A stretch of DNA of 64,000 nt from an uncultured Spirochaetales bacterium (GCA_949289575.1 CASEOG010000002.1:92590-156589); one strand, 5' to 3'; counted from the stretch's first letter, positions 27,082-37,142 are shown. A program made the numbers and translations. Notes: generated from the letters alone by a model not told the origin.

Positions 27082-29157
27082 ATGAAACGGTTTGGGATTT
27101 TTGTGTTTGCATTATTGTTCTTATCGGGATACCTGTTTGCCCAGGAAAATGAGACGGCAGACGGGGCCGATGCGCCGACGGTTGAAGTAGCCGATCCTGC
27201 CGATGAACCGGCGGCCGACGATGTTGTCCGCGTGTTTGAAGGCGGGAAAAAACTGAAAGGGGTGAAGGTTTACGAGAACCGGATATACAGAGACAGTCTG
27301 AGAGGAATTTTCGGCAATTATATTGCCTCCTGGGTTATCGCCGGAGATATCAAAGACGGGCTTGACAAAACGGTAACCAATGAGGATGTGGTCGCTCTTA
27401 TGGACCGGCTCAGAGAAAAAGATGAAATCGAGTCGCTTGATTTCTATTACACATTTGATGCCAAAGATCGGGTGACTGTTCATGTTGTTCTGATTGATAA
27501 TCCCGGTTTCCGTGATTTCGAGGGAACCGTTACTCTCGACCGGATTGACTTCTACTGCCGCAACAATTTCTTTGTCAACCGCCGGGCGCTCGGTGATGCC
27601 GTTAATCTGGATAAGAAAGGAACCTACACCTCGGAGGAAATCAAGGAAGCCGTTGCGCGTATCGATGATTTATATGTTTTTAACGATATTTCCTGGGGTC
27701 TCAGAGAAGAGAAAAAGGATAAGGACGGGAATCCCGTTTATGCGCTTCAGATTATTGTTTCCGAGTACGGCGGAAGCAAGGAAGTCCGTACAAAAGAAAT
27801 TACCGTTTCCAAAATTCAGTTCCTCGGAAACTGGTATACCCAAAACTGGGTTTATTTGAGAGAGCTTGATTTCAAGGCCGGTGATACCGTTACGGTCGAA
27901 CAGCTTGATGCCGCTGCCCAGAAACTTATGAATTTGGGTGTTTGTACATCGGTAGACTGGGGTATTATTTATGATGCGGACGGTAATGTTATTCTTGTTT
28001 TTGTCACAAAAGATAAACTGACTCTGCTGCCCCAGTTTGACCTGGCGTTCGGTTCCGATCAGTTGAGACTCGGTCTCGGTTTCTGGGATAAAAACTTTTT
28101 GGGAACAAAAAGCACCATTAATTTCAAATTTACATTAAAGGACCTGATGCCGACTTTCAGTCTGGCTTTCTCGGTTCCGAAGATTGCCAATACTTACTTC
28201 AACTATGAGATGTCCGTCAGCTATGACTCGACCAATAAGTATACGGAAACAAGAGGTACGGCAGGAGAGGCTGTCGAAAAGCGGACGAAAGGTTACCGGG
28301 AAAACACGGTGAATACTTATGCAAAAGTCAGCTACTCGCTGGAATTGGCCGATTCCAAGCAGATTATGTGGTATCAGTCTTTTGCTTTTACGGTCGGATA
28401 TGACTTTATTCAGTCTCAGAAGTCCGACAGCTCCCGCTACTTGGGAATGCCCGAAAAATTTGCTACCGGTTGGCTGAATCTTGCCGAAGATTTCGAGTAT
28501 GACGAAGATTTCATCGGTTTCGGTCATTATATGAACTTCGATTTCAATTACAGTTTTAACAACTACCGTCGTGACGGCGGATACCGCGATAAAGGTATCA
28601 GTTTCAGCATTACGGATTCGATCGGTCTGCCGATTGCCCTTGACGGTTATATGACAAAAAACAGGGATGACGGATCGGCGATTACCGAAAAGATTTACAA
28701 TAAAATCGATACGAATTTCACATTCCATTATATCCCTGTTCAGTGGTTCGAATTCAAAGGTTATGTCGCAACGGGATATACCACGACCAATATCGTGGCC
28801 AAGCAGTTCTATTTCGGAAACCGTTCGCTTGCCAGAAATATTCCGACCAATATGCAGGGAAGCGGTAAAGGTTACTATAGAGGTAATTTCGACGTCTGTT
28901 TTACCCCGCCGATTCCTTATGTCAACAAAATCGTGATTATCGAATTGGACCTGTTTGCCGATGTCGGTAATTACGGAAACGACTACAAAAAGATGTGGTC
29001 GGAGATTCCTATCTGGTCGACGGGTATCGGATTTAACATTTACGTGCCTTTCTTTGAAGGTTTGTATTTGGGACTGGACCTTTCCTGGGGACCGAACAAC
29101 ATCAAGGAAAAGGACGGAAAACCGTTGTTTAACTTCGGTGTCAGCAAATTTTACTGA
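27082..29157 (+). CDS. Omp85/BamA-family-like outer-membrane protein
   Basis: Signal peptide, POTRA-like N-terminal region, long beta-strand-rich region with alternating aromatic residues, C-terminal …FNFGVSKFY with terminal aromatic typical of OM beta-barrels. Confidence 0.5.
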   Translation: MKRFGIFVFALLFLSGYLFAQENETADGADAPTVEVADPADEPAADDVVRVFEGGKKLKGVKVYENRIYRDSLRGIFGNYIASWVIAGDIKDGLDKTVTNEDVVALMDRLREKDEIESLDFYYTFDAKDRVTVHVVLIDNPGFRDFEGTVTLDRIDFYCRNNFFVNRRALGDAVNLDKKGTYTSEEIKEAVARIDDLYVFNDISWGLREEKKDKDGNPVYALQIIVSEYGGSKEVRTKEITVSKIQFLGNWYTQNWVYLRELDFKAGDTVTVEQLDAAAQKLMNLGVCTSVDWGIIYDADGNVILVFVTKDKLTLLPQFDLAFGSDQLRLGLGFWDKNFLGTKSTINFKFTLKDLMPTFSLAFSVPKIANTYFNYEMSVSYDSTNKYTETRGTAGEAVEKRTKGYRENTVNTYAKVSYSLELADSKQIMWYQSFAFTVGYDFIQSQKSDSSRYLGMPEKFATGWLNLAEDFEYDEDFIGFGHYMNFDFNYSFNNYRRDGGYRDKGISFSITDSIGLPIALDGYMTKNRDDGSAITEKIYNKIDTNFTFHYIPVQWFEFKGYVATGYTTTNIVAKQFYFGNRSLARNIPTNMQGSGKGYYRGNFDVCFTPPIPYVNKIVIIELDLFADVGNYGNDYKKMWSEIPIWSTGIGFNIYVPFFEGLYLGLDLSWGPNNIKEKDGKPLFNFGVSKFY

Positions 29158-29164
29158 TGATTTT

Positions 29165-29190
29165 GCGGCAGCCTTACGGCTGCCGTTTTT
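29165..29190 (+). terminator. Rho-independent terminator (GCGGCAGCC-ttac-GGCTGCCG plus TTTTT)
   Basis: Perfect 8-9-bp GC-rich hairpin followed by a T-run, 8 nt after the Omp85-like stop. Confidence 0.75.
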
Positions 29191-29204
29191 ATATGGGTAG
29201 GGTT

Positions 29205-29867
29205 ATGGAGGAATCGACGCTGTTTTTCAAGTCGACATTCGAGCGTCTGTCCGGAGAAAAGCAGGAAAAGATACGGAGTGCTGCCATTAAAATTTTTGCG
29301 GAGAACGGTTATACGAACGCAAAGATGAAGATGATTGCCGATGAAGCCGGAATTTGTGTCGGATCATTGTATCAGTATTTCGAAACAAAGGAAGAAGTCT
29401 TTCTGGATGCGGTTCAGACAATGAAAAAAGAGCTGGAATCGGTACTGCTGCCTTTGGCTGCCGGTGACGGACCTTTCTTCGAAAAAGTGGAAACTGTTTT
29501 GAGAACCCTTCAGCGGTTTTCGCTCCGTCATCCTTATGTGAATAAGATTTACAACGAAATGACATCGGAGGGGAATTTTCAGCTTTCCATGCGGATAGCC
29601 GAAGAGATTGAAAGCGTTTCGGCGTCCTGTTACCGGACCATTATCGAAACTGCCAAAAAACAGGAATCATTTCCGCAGGCAATCGATGAAAGAATGTTTG
29701 CTTTTTGTCTGGATAACCTCTTTATGATGATGCAGTTTTCTTATTCGTGCGAGTATTACAAGGAAAGAAAGAAGATTTATCTGGGGGAAGAAAAAAGCGG
29801 TGATGACGAATTTGTTATCGCTCAAATGATGAGGTTTATCAGGGGTGCGTTCTGTTTTTCCGGATAA
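29205..29867 (+). CDS. TetR/AcrR-family transcriptional regulator
   Basis: N-terminal HTH block IRSAAIKIFAENGYTNAKMKMIADEAGICVGSLYQYFETKEEVF typical of TetR. Start chosen after the terminator hairpin. The ORF-track start at 29157 overlaps the terminator. Confidence 0.75.
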   Translation: MEESTLFFKSTFERLSGEKQEKIRSAAIKIFAENGYTNAKMKMIADEAGICVGSLYQYFETKEEVFLDAVQTMKKELESVLLPLAAGDGPFFEKVETVLRTLQRFSLRHPYVNKIYNEMTSEGNFQLSMRIAEEIESVSASCYRTIIETAKKQESFPQAIDERMFAFCLDNLFMMMQFSYSCEYYKERKKIYLGEEKSGDDEFVIAQMMRFIRGAFCFSG

Positions 29868-29967
29868 ATTTTAAAAAAAAACTTGCATTATCGGAGAAAC
29901 GGGGGTACAATATAATAAATGAACCGCAATTCATTTATTACAATTTTTTAACAGTAGGAGAATGATT

Positions 29968-31461
29968 ATGTCAAATCGACCCGGTTATGCGATACAGGAG
30001 TATCACGACACTCAAAAAGTAATGGATCAGCTGAATGCACTGATTCGTCAGCCGATTCGCGGTATTAAAAAAGAAGCGATGGATAAATATTTGGAATATT
30101 ACGAAACCAAATGTCAGAAGTCGAAGGCGATGATTCGGGAAGCGATGAATTACATCCCCGGCGGGGTTCAGCACAATCTCGCTTTTAACTATCCGTTCCC
30201 GCTTGTTTTTACAAAGGCGGAGGGTGCCTATCTGTATGATATCGACGGTAACCGGTATATCGACTTTTTGCAGGCCGGCGGTCCGACGGTGCTCGGATCG
30301 AATCCTCCGAAAATCCGGGAGAAAGTTAAAGAACTGCTGGATACCTGCGGTCCCGTGACCGGACTCTTTCACGAATATGAGCTGAAATTGGCAAAACTGG
30401 TTTGCGAAACTTATCCCGGTGTCGAATTTTTCCGCGCTTTGAACTCGGGAACGGAAGCCTGTATGGCCGCCGCCCGTATCGCACGCTGCGCAACGGGTCA
30501 CAAAAACATTGTGAAAATGGGAGGAGCCTACCACGGTTGGTCGGATCAGCTTTCTTACGGTTTGCGTGTTCCCGGACGCCGCAGCTTCGGATCGCACGGA
30601 ATTCCGAAAAATATCTTTAAATATACGCAGGAGTTCTTTCCGAACGATATCAAGTCCCTGAAACGTGTGTTGCGGAGAAATGTTCTGCGCGGCGGAACGG
30701 CAGCCGTTTATATGGAGCCGGTCGGACCCGAAAGCGGAACACGTCCGTTGGATTACGATTTCCCCAAAAAGGTTCAGGCTTTGTGTAAAAAATACGGAGC
30801 ATTACTGATTTTCGATGAAGTTGTGACGGGATTCCGCCTGGGGCCGGACGGCGCACAGGGCTATTTCGGAATTGTCCCCGACCTGACAATTTTCGGAAAA
30901 GTGATTGCCGGCGGGTATCCTTCCGCGGGTGCCATTGCCGGTCTTAATAAGTGGAGACCCTATCTTGCCGGCGGTTTGGATACCAAAAAAGAGGGCGAAA
31001 AGAAAGTCCATAAGGCTCATGTCGGCGGTACGTTGGCGGCCAATCCGCTTTCCTCTCTGGCCGGTTACTACACTGTCAAAGAGATTATCGATACCAATGC
31101 GTGCGAACGGGCCGGGGCTATGGGAGACCGTCTGACAAAAGGTCTTCAGGAGCTGATTAAAAAATACAATCTGCCGTTTGTGGCTTATAACCAGGGTTCA
31201 ATCTGCCACCTGGAGACGGTCGGTACAATGCTCTTCTCGATCAGCCTTCTGAAGTTCTGGAAGATTCCTCATGTTTTAAAAGAAACGACACGGCGTCAGA
31301 AAATGATGCAGAAGATGGGAGCCGCTTACATGGCGGAAGGAATCGTGACTCTTGCCGGAAGCCGGATGTATACCTCCGCTGCCGATACGGAAGAGATTAT
31401 TGACGATGCTCTGGCCCGTTTCGAAAGAGTCTTCAAAAATATCGCCGAAGGTGAAGAATAA
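29968..31461 (+). CDS. Class III PLP aminotransferase, glutamate-1-semialdehyde-2,1-aminomutase (HemL)-like paralog
   Basis: Fold-type I class III pattern with PLP lysine in FGKVIAGGYP (HemL-like GK[VI]IGGG[LY]P) and DEVVTGFR. ATG at 29968 has better RBS spacing than 29962. Confidence 0.7.
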   Translation: MSNRPGYAIQEYHDTQKVMDQLNALIRQPIRGIKKEAMDKYLEYYETKCQKSKAMIREAMNYIPGGVQHNLAFNYPFPLVFTKAEGAYLYDIDGNRYIDFLQAGGPTVLGSNPPKIREKVKELLDTCGPVTGLFHEYELKLAKLVCETYPGVEFFRALNSGTEACMAAARIARCATGHKNIVKMGGAYHGWSDQLSYGLRVPGRRSFGSHGIPKNIFKYTQEFFPNDIKSLKRVLRRNVLRGGTAAVYMEPVGPESGTRPLDYDFPKKVQALCKKYGALLIFDEVVTGFRLGPDGAQGYFGIVPDLTIFGKVIAGGYPSAGAIAGLNKWRPYLAGGLDTKKEGEKKVHKAHVGGTLAANPLSSLAGYYTVKEIIDTNACERAGAMGDRLTKGLQELIKKYNLPFVAYNQGSICHLETVGTMLFSISLLKFWKIPHVLKETTRRQKMMQKMGAAYMAEGIVTLAGSRMYTSAADTEEIIDDALARFERVFKNIAEGEE

Positions 31462-31476
31462 GAGAGAGGTAGCGAG

Positions 31477-32112
31477 ATGACACCGGAAGAAGCCCGAAAG
31501 ATCGTTGTCGATGCCGGAAAGCGTCTGTTGAGAGAAGGCCTCGTTGCCCGAACATGGGGAAATATCAGTCAGCGAATCGACGGAAAACATATTGCCATCA
31601 CACCGAGCGGACGTCCGTATGAAACTCTGAAGCCGGAGGATATTCCGATACTGAATATCGAAGATATGACGTGGGAAGGTCCGTACAAGCCGTCCGGAGA
31701 AAAGAAACTTCATGCGGCTGTTTATGCCGGAGATGAGAATATCCGGGCTGTGATTCATACGCATCAGATGAATGCATCAACCTGTGCCGCCGCCCGGAAG
31801 GCCGTTCCGGTTGCGGAAGAGTTTCGACCGATTCTCGGTGACGAGATTCTGTGTGCGCCGTACGGGCTTCCCGGTTCCAAGAAACTGACCAAAGGGACTG
31901 CCGCTGCCGTTTTGGGGCGGCCGGCAGCCTTTATGGCCAATCACGGAGCCGTTTGCGCCGCTGCCGATATGGAATGTGCTTTCGGGATTGCGGCTGCTCT
32001 CGAAAAGGCGTGCGGGAAATATATTCGCGATTCGTTTTCCCGTGTTTCGGGCGGAGAAGAGTGGAGTTCCGATGCGGTACGCAGTCATTATGTAAAGGAT
32101 CAGAGTGTATGA
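31477..32112 (+). CDS. Class II aldolase/adducin-family protein (FucA/AraD-like), metal ligands intact
   Basis: PSGE (Glu ligand), HTH (two His ligands) and NHGAV (third His) motifs in canonical spacing. Confidence 0.75.
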   Translation: MTPEEARKIVVDAGKRLLREGLVARTWGNISQRIDGKHIAITPSGRPYETLKPEDIPILNIEDMTWEGPYKPSGEKKLHAAVYAGDENIRAVIHTHQMNASTCAAARKAVPVAEEFRPILGDEILCAPYGLPGSKKLTKGTAAAVLGRPAAFMANHGAVCAAADMECAFGIAAALEKACGKYIRDSFSRVSGGEEWSSDAVRSHYVKDQSV

Positions 32113-32732
32113 CGGATGCAGTAAAAGAAATAAGAGCGCTGGCTGAAAAAGGATTGGCGGCACCGGACGGGGCTGTTGCGGTCCGGAAAGACGGAATCTG
32201 TTACATTTCGGTCGCGGGAGCCGATCTGAAGAATCTGAATGAGACCGACTTAATCGTCGTTCAGGACGACTCGGATGTTTCCCCCGATGTTATGCCGAAA
32301 GAATATTTTCTCTATCTGGCACTTTTCGAGCGGTTCCCCCACATTAACGTTCTCTTCAGAACGGCGACCGAATCCGTGCTGACCGCATCGATTGTCGGAC
32401 GGAAGATCAGACCGATGCTGGACGATATGGCGCAGATTGTCGGAGTTTCGGTACGCTGTGCGGATGAAGATGTTTTCGGAGATGCAAGAAAGATAGTCAA
32501 TGCGACTTCCGCGATGAAAGACAGAACCGCTTTAATGATCCGCAATCAGGGAGCGGTTTGCGCCGGTCCGACATTCGACGATGCGGAAGTTTCCGCCGTC
32601 GTCTTTGAGAAAGCGTGCAAGACGGTTATCGAAACCTCTTTCCTCGGCGGAGGTCATTACATTAATCCGATCGAGTGCTGGCTGATGCACAAAGTTTATC
32701 AGTTGAAATATTCGAAACAGGCAAAAAAATAA
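32109..32732 (+). CDS. Class II aldolase/adducin-family paralog lacking the canonical zinc-binding histidines
   Basis: Same fold pattern as the upstream gene, but the HxH and NHG positions read INVLFRT and NQGAV. ATGA overlap with the upstream gene. ATG at 32109 is in frame in ORF 31851..32732. Confidence 0.6.
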   Translation: MTDAVKEIRALAEKGLAAPDGAVAVRKDGICYISVAGADLKNLNETDLIVVQDDSDVSPDVMPKEYFLYLALFERFPHINVLFRTATESVLTASIVGRKIRPMLDDMAQIVGVSVRCADEDVFGDARKIVNATSAMKDRTALMIRNQGAVCAGPTFDDAEVSAVVFEKACKTVIETSFLGGGHYINPIECWLMHKVYQLKYSKQAKK

Positions 32733-32785
32733 GTCCGATAATCCGCGGGAGACAGTTCCTGCGGATTTTTATAAAAGGAAAGTCT

Positions 32786-34858
32786 ATGAAATATCCGAGA
32801 TTATTCGAACCGGGAAAAATCGGTTCTCTGGAAATTCGCAACCGTACGGTTATGACGGCAATGGAAATCGATTTCGGACGGTTTGACGGAAAAGTCAGCC
32901 GTTTGCAGTCCGATTACTATTATGAACGGGCACGGGGAGGAGTCGGATTGATTATCACCGGTATTACCCGTGTCGACTCTTTCACGGGGGTCGGGTCGCC
33001 GATGCAGCTTTCTGTTGCCGACAGCGGTAAAGTGCGTTCATTGCGAAAACTGACAGACCGGATTCACACCACCGGTGCGAAAATTTTCTGTCAGATACAT
33101 CATCCGGGACGGCAGTCTTATACCGCATTAATTTATGTCTGGCCGATGATGGCCTTTTTTTCCAAAATTCCGGGATTTCTCAAAATATTCGGTCCGTTGG
33201 TTTCCTTTTATAAAAAATGGATGAAAGTGACGTTTGAACCGTCTGTCGTCAGTGCTTCGGATGTCATGTGTCATCACGTCGGACAGAAAGTCAGGGCTCT
33301 GAAAACAAAAGAAGTGAAAAAACTGGTTCGCCGGTTTGTCAAAGGCGCCTGTCGTGTTAAAGCAGCCGGATTCGACGGTGTCGAAATTCACGGTGCACAC
33401 GGTTATCTGATTCAGCAATTTTTGTCGCCGAGAACCAATAAACGGACCGACGAATACGGAGGATCTTTTGAGAACCGTTTTCGCTTTTTAAAAGAAATTG
33501 TTACCGGGGTCAGAAAAGCGTGCGGACCCGATTTTCCGATTTCCGTTCGTCTTTCCGTCGATGAATTTTACAAAAACGAAACCGGTGACGGGCAGGGAAT
33601 TACGCTGCCGCTCGGGATTGAAATCGCCAAGGCAACGGCGGCATTGGGCGTCGATGCGTTAAATATTTCTTCGGCAACTTACGAGACCATTAACTACTGG
33701 CTGGAACCGGTCACATTTACACCCGGATGGCGGGCCTATCTGGCGGAGGCGGTAAAAAAAGAGGTTTCCGTTCCGGTTATTGCCGCCAATCTGATCCGAT
33801 CACCGGAGCAGGCCGAAATGCAGCTGGAGAAAGGAATTCAGGACTTTATCGGAATGGGGCGGCCTTTTCTGTGCGATCCCTATTGGGTCGAAAAGGTCAG
33901 AGAGGGGCGAGAAGAGGAGATTGTTTCCTGTATCGGGTGTCTCCACTGTTTCGAATCGTTGCTGGACGGAGCCTGGAAAGGGCAACCGATGCAGTGCGCC
34001 CGTAATCCGATTCTGGGGCGGGAAAAGCTGCTACGGACCACGGAACGGGACGGAGAAGGAAAATCGGCTGTGATTGTCGGGGCCGGGATGGCCGGCTTGA
34101 CGGCGGCCCGCTATCTGTCGCTGCGCGGCTATTCGGTCGATGTTTACGAAAAAGAGGCGGCCGCCGGCGGGCAGGTTCTGCTGGCCGAAAAACCGGACGG
34201 AAAAAAGCCGCTCGGAAATTGTGTTCGCGAAGAGTTCCGTTATTGTACGGCTGCGGGGGTTCGTTTTCATTTCTCTCATGAAATCAGTGCCGGGGAAATC
34301 GTCAATTTAAAACCGGACCGGGTCATTGTGGCGACCGGTTCGCGGCCGTTTATGCCTCCCGTAAAAGGGAAGGAACGGGAGAATTGTTACAGTGTCAACG
34401 ATATTCTCAATGAAAAGGTCTCTTTTTCCGGAAAGACGATTGCCGTGGCCGGCTCCGGGTTAACCGGATTGGAAACGGCCGCTTTCCTGGCGGAACGGGG
34501 CAATCACGTTATCGTCATCGAAATGCAGGATCGTATCGGTCCTTCCGCATACGTTCAGAATCTGGAGGATGTGACGGAACGGTTGAATAAAGCCGGTGCG
34601 GAAATGATGGTTTCCTGCCGGGTGGAAGAAATCAAAGCGGATTGTGTCAAACTGAATTTTCTCAAAGAAGGAGTCTGCCGGGAGATTGCCTGCGACGGTG
34701 TTGTTCTGGCTGTCGGTAACCGCAGCTGCCGTGATTTGTATGAAGAATTAAAAAAGATTCCTGGATTGAATGTATCGGCTGTCGGAGATACGGTTCGTCC
34801 CGGGAAAATTGCCGATGCGGTTCGCAGTGCCTGCCGGGCCGCTCTGTCCGATCGGTAA
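32786..34858 (+). CDS. FadH/NADH-oxidase-like oxidoreductase: N-terminal Old-Yellow-Enzyme (FMN TIM-barrel) domain, 4Fe-4S linker and C-terminal FAD/NAD(P)-binding domain
   Basis: QIHHPGRQ OYE motif, CIGCLHCFES…C (CxxCxxC-x11-C) cluster, GAGMAGLTAARYL and VAGSGLTGLE Rossmann motifs. ATG at 32786 is preceded by AAAGGAAAG. Confidence 0.7.
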   Translation: MKYPRLFEPGKIGSLEIRNRTVMTAMEIDFGRFDGKVSRLQSDYYYERARGGVGLIITGITRVDSFTGVGSPMQLSVADSGKVRSLRKLTDRIHTTGAKIFCQIHHPGRQSYTALIYVWPMMAFFSKIPGFLKIFGPLVSFYKKWMKVTFEPSVVSASDVMCHHVGQKVRALKTKEVKKLVRRFVKGACRVKAAGFDGVEIHGAHGYLIQQFLSPRTNKRTDEYGGSFENRFRFLKEIVTGVRKACGPDFPISVRLSVDEFYKNETGDGQGITLPLGIEIAKATAALGVDALNISSATYETINYWLEPVTFTPGWRAYLAEAVKKEVSVPVIAANLIRSPEQAEMQLEKGIQDFIGMGRPFLCDPYWVEKVREGREEEIVSCIGCLHCFESLLDGAWKGQPMQCARNPILGREKLLRTTERDGEGKSAVIVGAGMAGLTAARYLSLRGYSVDVYEKEAAAGGQVLLAEKPDGKKPLGNCVREEFRYCTAAGVRFHFSHEISAGEIVNLKPDRVIVATGSRPFMPPVKGKERENCYSVNDILNEKVSFSGKTIAVAGSGLTGLETAAFLAERGNHVIVIEMQDRIGPSAYVQNLEDVTERLNKAGAEMMVSCRVEEIKADCVKLNFLKEGVCREIACDGVVLAVGNRSCRDLYEELKKIPGLNVSAVGDTVRPGKIADAVRSACRAALSDR

Positions 34859-34895
34859 CTGTCGCCGTTACCCGCAATATGTCGGCGACCGCCCG

Positions 34896-35915
34896 TCATC
34901 GGGCGGCCGCTTTCCCGGCCAGCTGACCGCAGGCCCCTTCGATATCACGCCCGCGGCTGCGTCTTAATGTCATATTGATGCCTTTGGCCGCGGCCGCATC
35001 CATAAAACGGCGGACCCTGTTTCCGGACGGGCTTTTGAATTCCAGTGCCGGCGTCGGGTTCCACGGAATGAGGTTGACCAGAGGCAGGTGAAAACCGTGC
35101 AGAAAGCGGCAGAGGTTTTCCAGATCTTTTTCCGAGTCGTTGAAGCGGTCGATTAAAACATATTCGAAAGTGATACGCCGCCCGACCGAATCCTGATAAA
35201 GCAGCAGTGCGCGTTTCAGCTCTTCCAGAGGATATTTCCGGTTGACAGGCATCAGTTGCGACCGTTTTTCGTTATCGGGAGCGTTCAGCGAGACGGCCAG
35301 TTTCATCGGCATTTTTTCTTCCGCCATGCGGATGATGCCGGGAACAACACCGCATGTCGAAACCGTAATTTTCCGTTTGCCGAGATTGCAGCAGTCTTTG
35401 TCGCAGAGAATACCTACCGCTTTACAGACTTCATCGAGATTGCAGAGAGGCTCTCCCATACCCATGAAGACAATATGACTGATCGGACCGTTTTTTTGGC
35501 GGATGCGGATGAATTCTTCGACGATTTCGGCCGCCGTCAAATTCCGCTTGAGTCCGCCGAGTGCCGTATGGCAAAAGCGGCAACCCATGGCACATCCGAC
35601 CTGTGTCGAAAGGCATGCTGTTCGTCGTCCTTTGTCTGTCGTCAGTGCGACCGTTTCGATAACGGCATCATCGGGAAAGCGAAGAACGATTTTGACTGTC
35701 CCGTCGCACGATATCCGTTCTTTCAGAATTTCCGAGGTCAGGAGAGTTCCTTTCTCTTTTAATTCATTTCGCAGCGATTTCGGTAAATCGCTCATATCAT
35801 CGACGGAATCGGTTCCCGAATAAATATCCTTAAACAGCTGACGGGCCCGGAAAGGAGGTGACAGATTCCATTCCGTCATCAGTTCTTCGACTGTCTTTCC
35901 TGTCAGGCCGATCAT
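34896..35915 (-). CDS. rlmN: 23S rRNA (adenine2503-C2)-methyltransferase RlmN (radical SAM)
   Basis: CAMGCRFCHT radical-SAM motif and GMGEPL block. Confidence 0.85.
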   Translation of the reverse strand: MIGLTGKTVEELMTEWNLSPPFRARQLFKDIYSGTDSVDDMSDLPKSLRNELKEKGTLLTSEILKERISCDGTVKIVLRFPDDAVIETVALTTDKGRRTACLSTQVGCAMGCRFCHTALGGLKRNLTAAEIVEEFIRIRQKNGPISHIVFMGMGEPLCNLDEVCKAVGILCDKDCCNLGKRKITVSTCGVVPGIIRMAEEKMPMKLAVSLNAPDNEKRSQLMPVNRKYPLEELKRALLLYQDSVGRRITFEYVLIDRFNDSEKDLENLCRFLHGFHLPLVNLIPWNPTPALEFKSPSGNRVRRFMDAAAAKGINMTLRRSRGRDIEGACGQLAGKAAAR

Positions 35916-37135
35916 GAATTACGCACAGTCCTCAGCTTGCTTTCAACCAGCGGATTGGACATACCCATTGAGAGGTAGGAGAGAAGAATGGCCTCGGCAT
36001 TGGCTTTTTCTCCCATGCACATATAGCAGTCGGCCATTTCGACGTAGGCCCGGAAATGACGCGGTTTCTGCATTCTAAGCTGGTTCAGCTTGTTGATAGC
36101 CTCGTTGTAAAGATGCATTTCTTTGTAGACAAGAGCGATTCCCAAAACAGCATACATATCGTAGTCGATATTGAGAGCCTTTTTGTAATAAGGCATTGCT
36201 TTTTCGTACTGTTTGCAGATTCGGTAGGCATCTCCCAACCGGGTCAGGATAATTTTGTTGTTCGGGTCATTTTTTAAAATGGCGTTCCAATAGTAAATCG
36301 ATTCTTCGTTTTTGCCCAGTCCCCGGCAGCAGTCGGCCATACCGTAAAGGGCGTAAAAATTTTCGGGTTCGATCTTCAGTGCCTTTTTAAAGTAATCGAC
36401 GGCAAGATTGAATGTTTTCATTTTACGGTAGCAGTTTCCCATGGATGTCAGAACGCGGATTTTTGTCTTTGTGTCGGTAGTGATACTTAAGATTGTGTTC
36501 AGATAATAAATCGAAGTATCGTAATCCTTTTCCGTAAAATAGAGTCTGGCAAGACCGATCAGAGCATAAGAATTGGAGGAGTCGAGGGCCAGCACCTTCT
36601 CGTAATATTTCTTTGACTGACTGAAGTCGTTGATTTTCCGGTATGAGTCGGCAAGACTGGTCAATACGGTGATATTATTCGGCTCCGTTGCGTAAAATCT
36701 TTCCCACAGTGCGATGGCCTTCGAATACTGAGTCATCGCTTTGTAACAGTCGGCCATTCCGAAAAGGGCAAAATTATTGCAGCTGTTGTCGTCCAAAACC
36801 GTTTCATAGTACTTCATGGCCAGAGAAAGGTTTTTTAATTTGCGCTGGGCATCTCCGATGCCGACCAGAGCATAAGCATTCTTCGGCTGGATAGCCAGTA
36901 TTTTCTCGAAACAGACAATGGAGTCGTCGTAGAGACCGTCATGAAGGAGCTTGTATCCGCGTTTGGAAAGACTGGCGACCTCCTCTTCTTCGGGACTCTT
37001 GGTATCTTTTTCTTCCGGTGAGTGAAGCAGAATCTGATCTCCGATGTTTTCTTCTTCTGTCAGAAGGTCGTTGTCCTCAAGATTTTTCGACGGTTTAATA
37101 GTTTTACTCAGAAGTGTTTTAATGTAGTTTTCCAT
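35912..37135 (-). CDS. Tetratricopeptide-repeat protein
   Basis: Nine or more TPR-like repeats (…AYALxGxGDAxRKLKN…). The probable start is ATG at 37135 with a GAGGT RBS. Confidence 0.7.
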   Translation of the reverse strand: MENYIKTLLSKTIKPSKNLEDNDLLTEEENIGDQILLHSPEEKDTKSPEEEEVASLSKRGYKLLHDGLYDDSIVCFEKILAIQPKNAYALVGIGDAQRKLKNLSLAMKYYETVLDDNSCNNFALFGMADCYKAMTQYSKAIALWERFYATEPNNITVLTSLADSYRKINDFSQSKKYYEKVLALDSSNSYALIGLARLYFTEKDYDTSIYYLNTILSITTDTKTKIRVLTSMGNCYRKMKTFNLAVDYFKKALKIEPENFYALYGMADCCRGLGKNEESIYYWNAILKNDPNNKIILTRLGDAYRICKQYEKAMPYYKKALNIDYDMYAVLGIALVYKEMHLYNEAINKLNQLRMQKPRHFRAYVEMADCYMCMGEKANAEAILLSYLSMGMSNPLVESKLRTVRNS

Positions 37136-37142
37136 AAAGACC

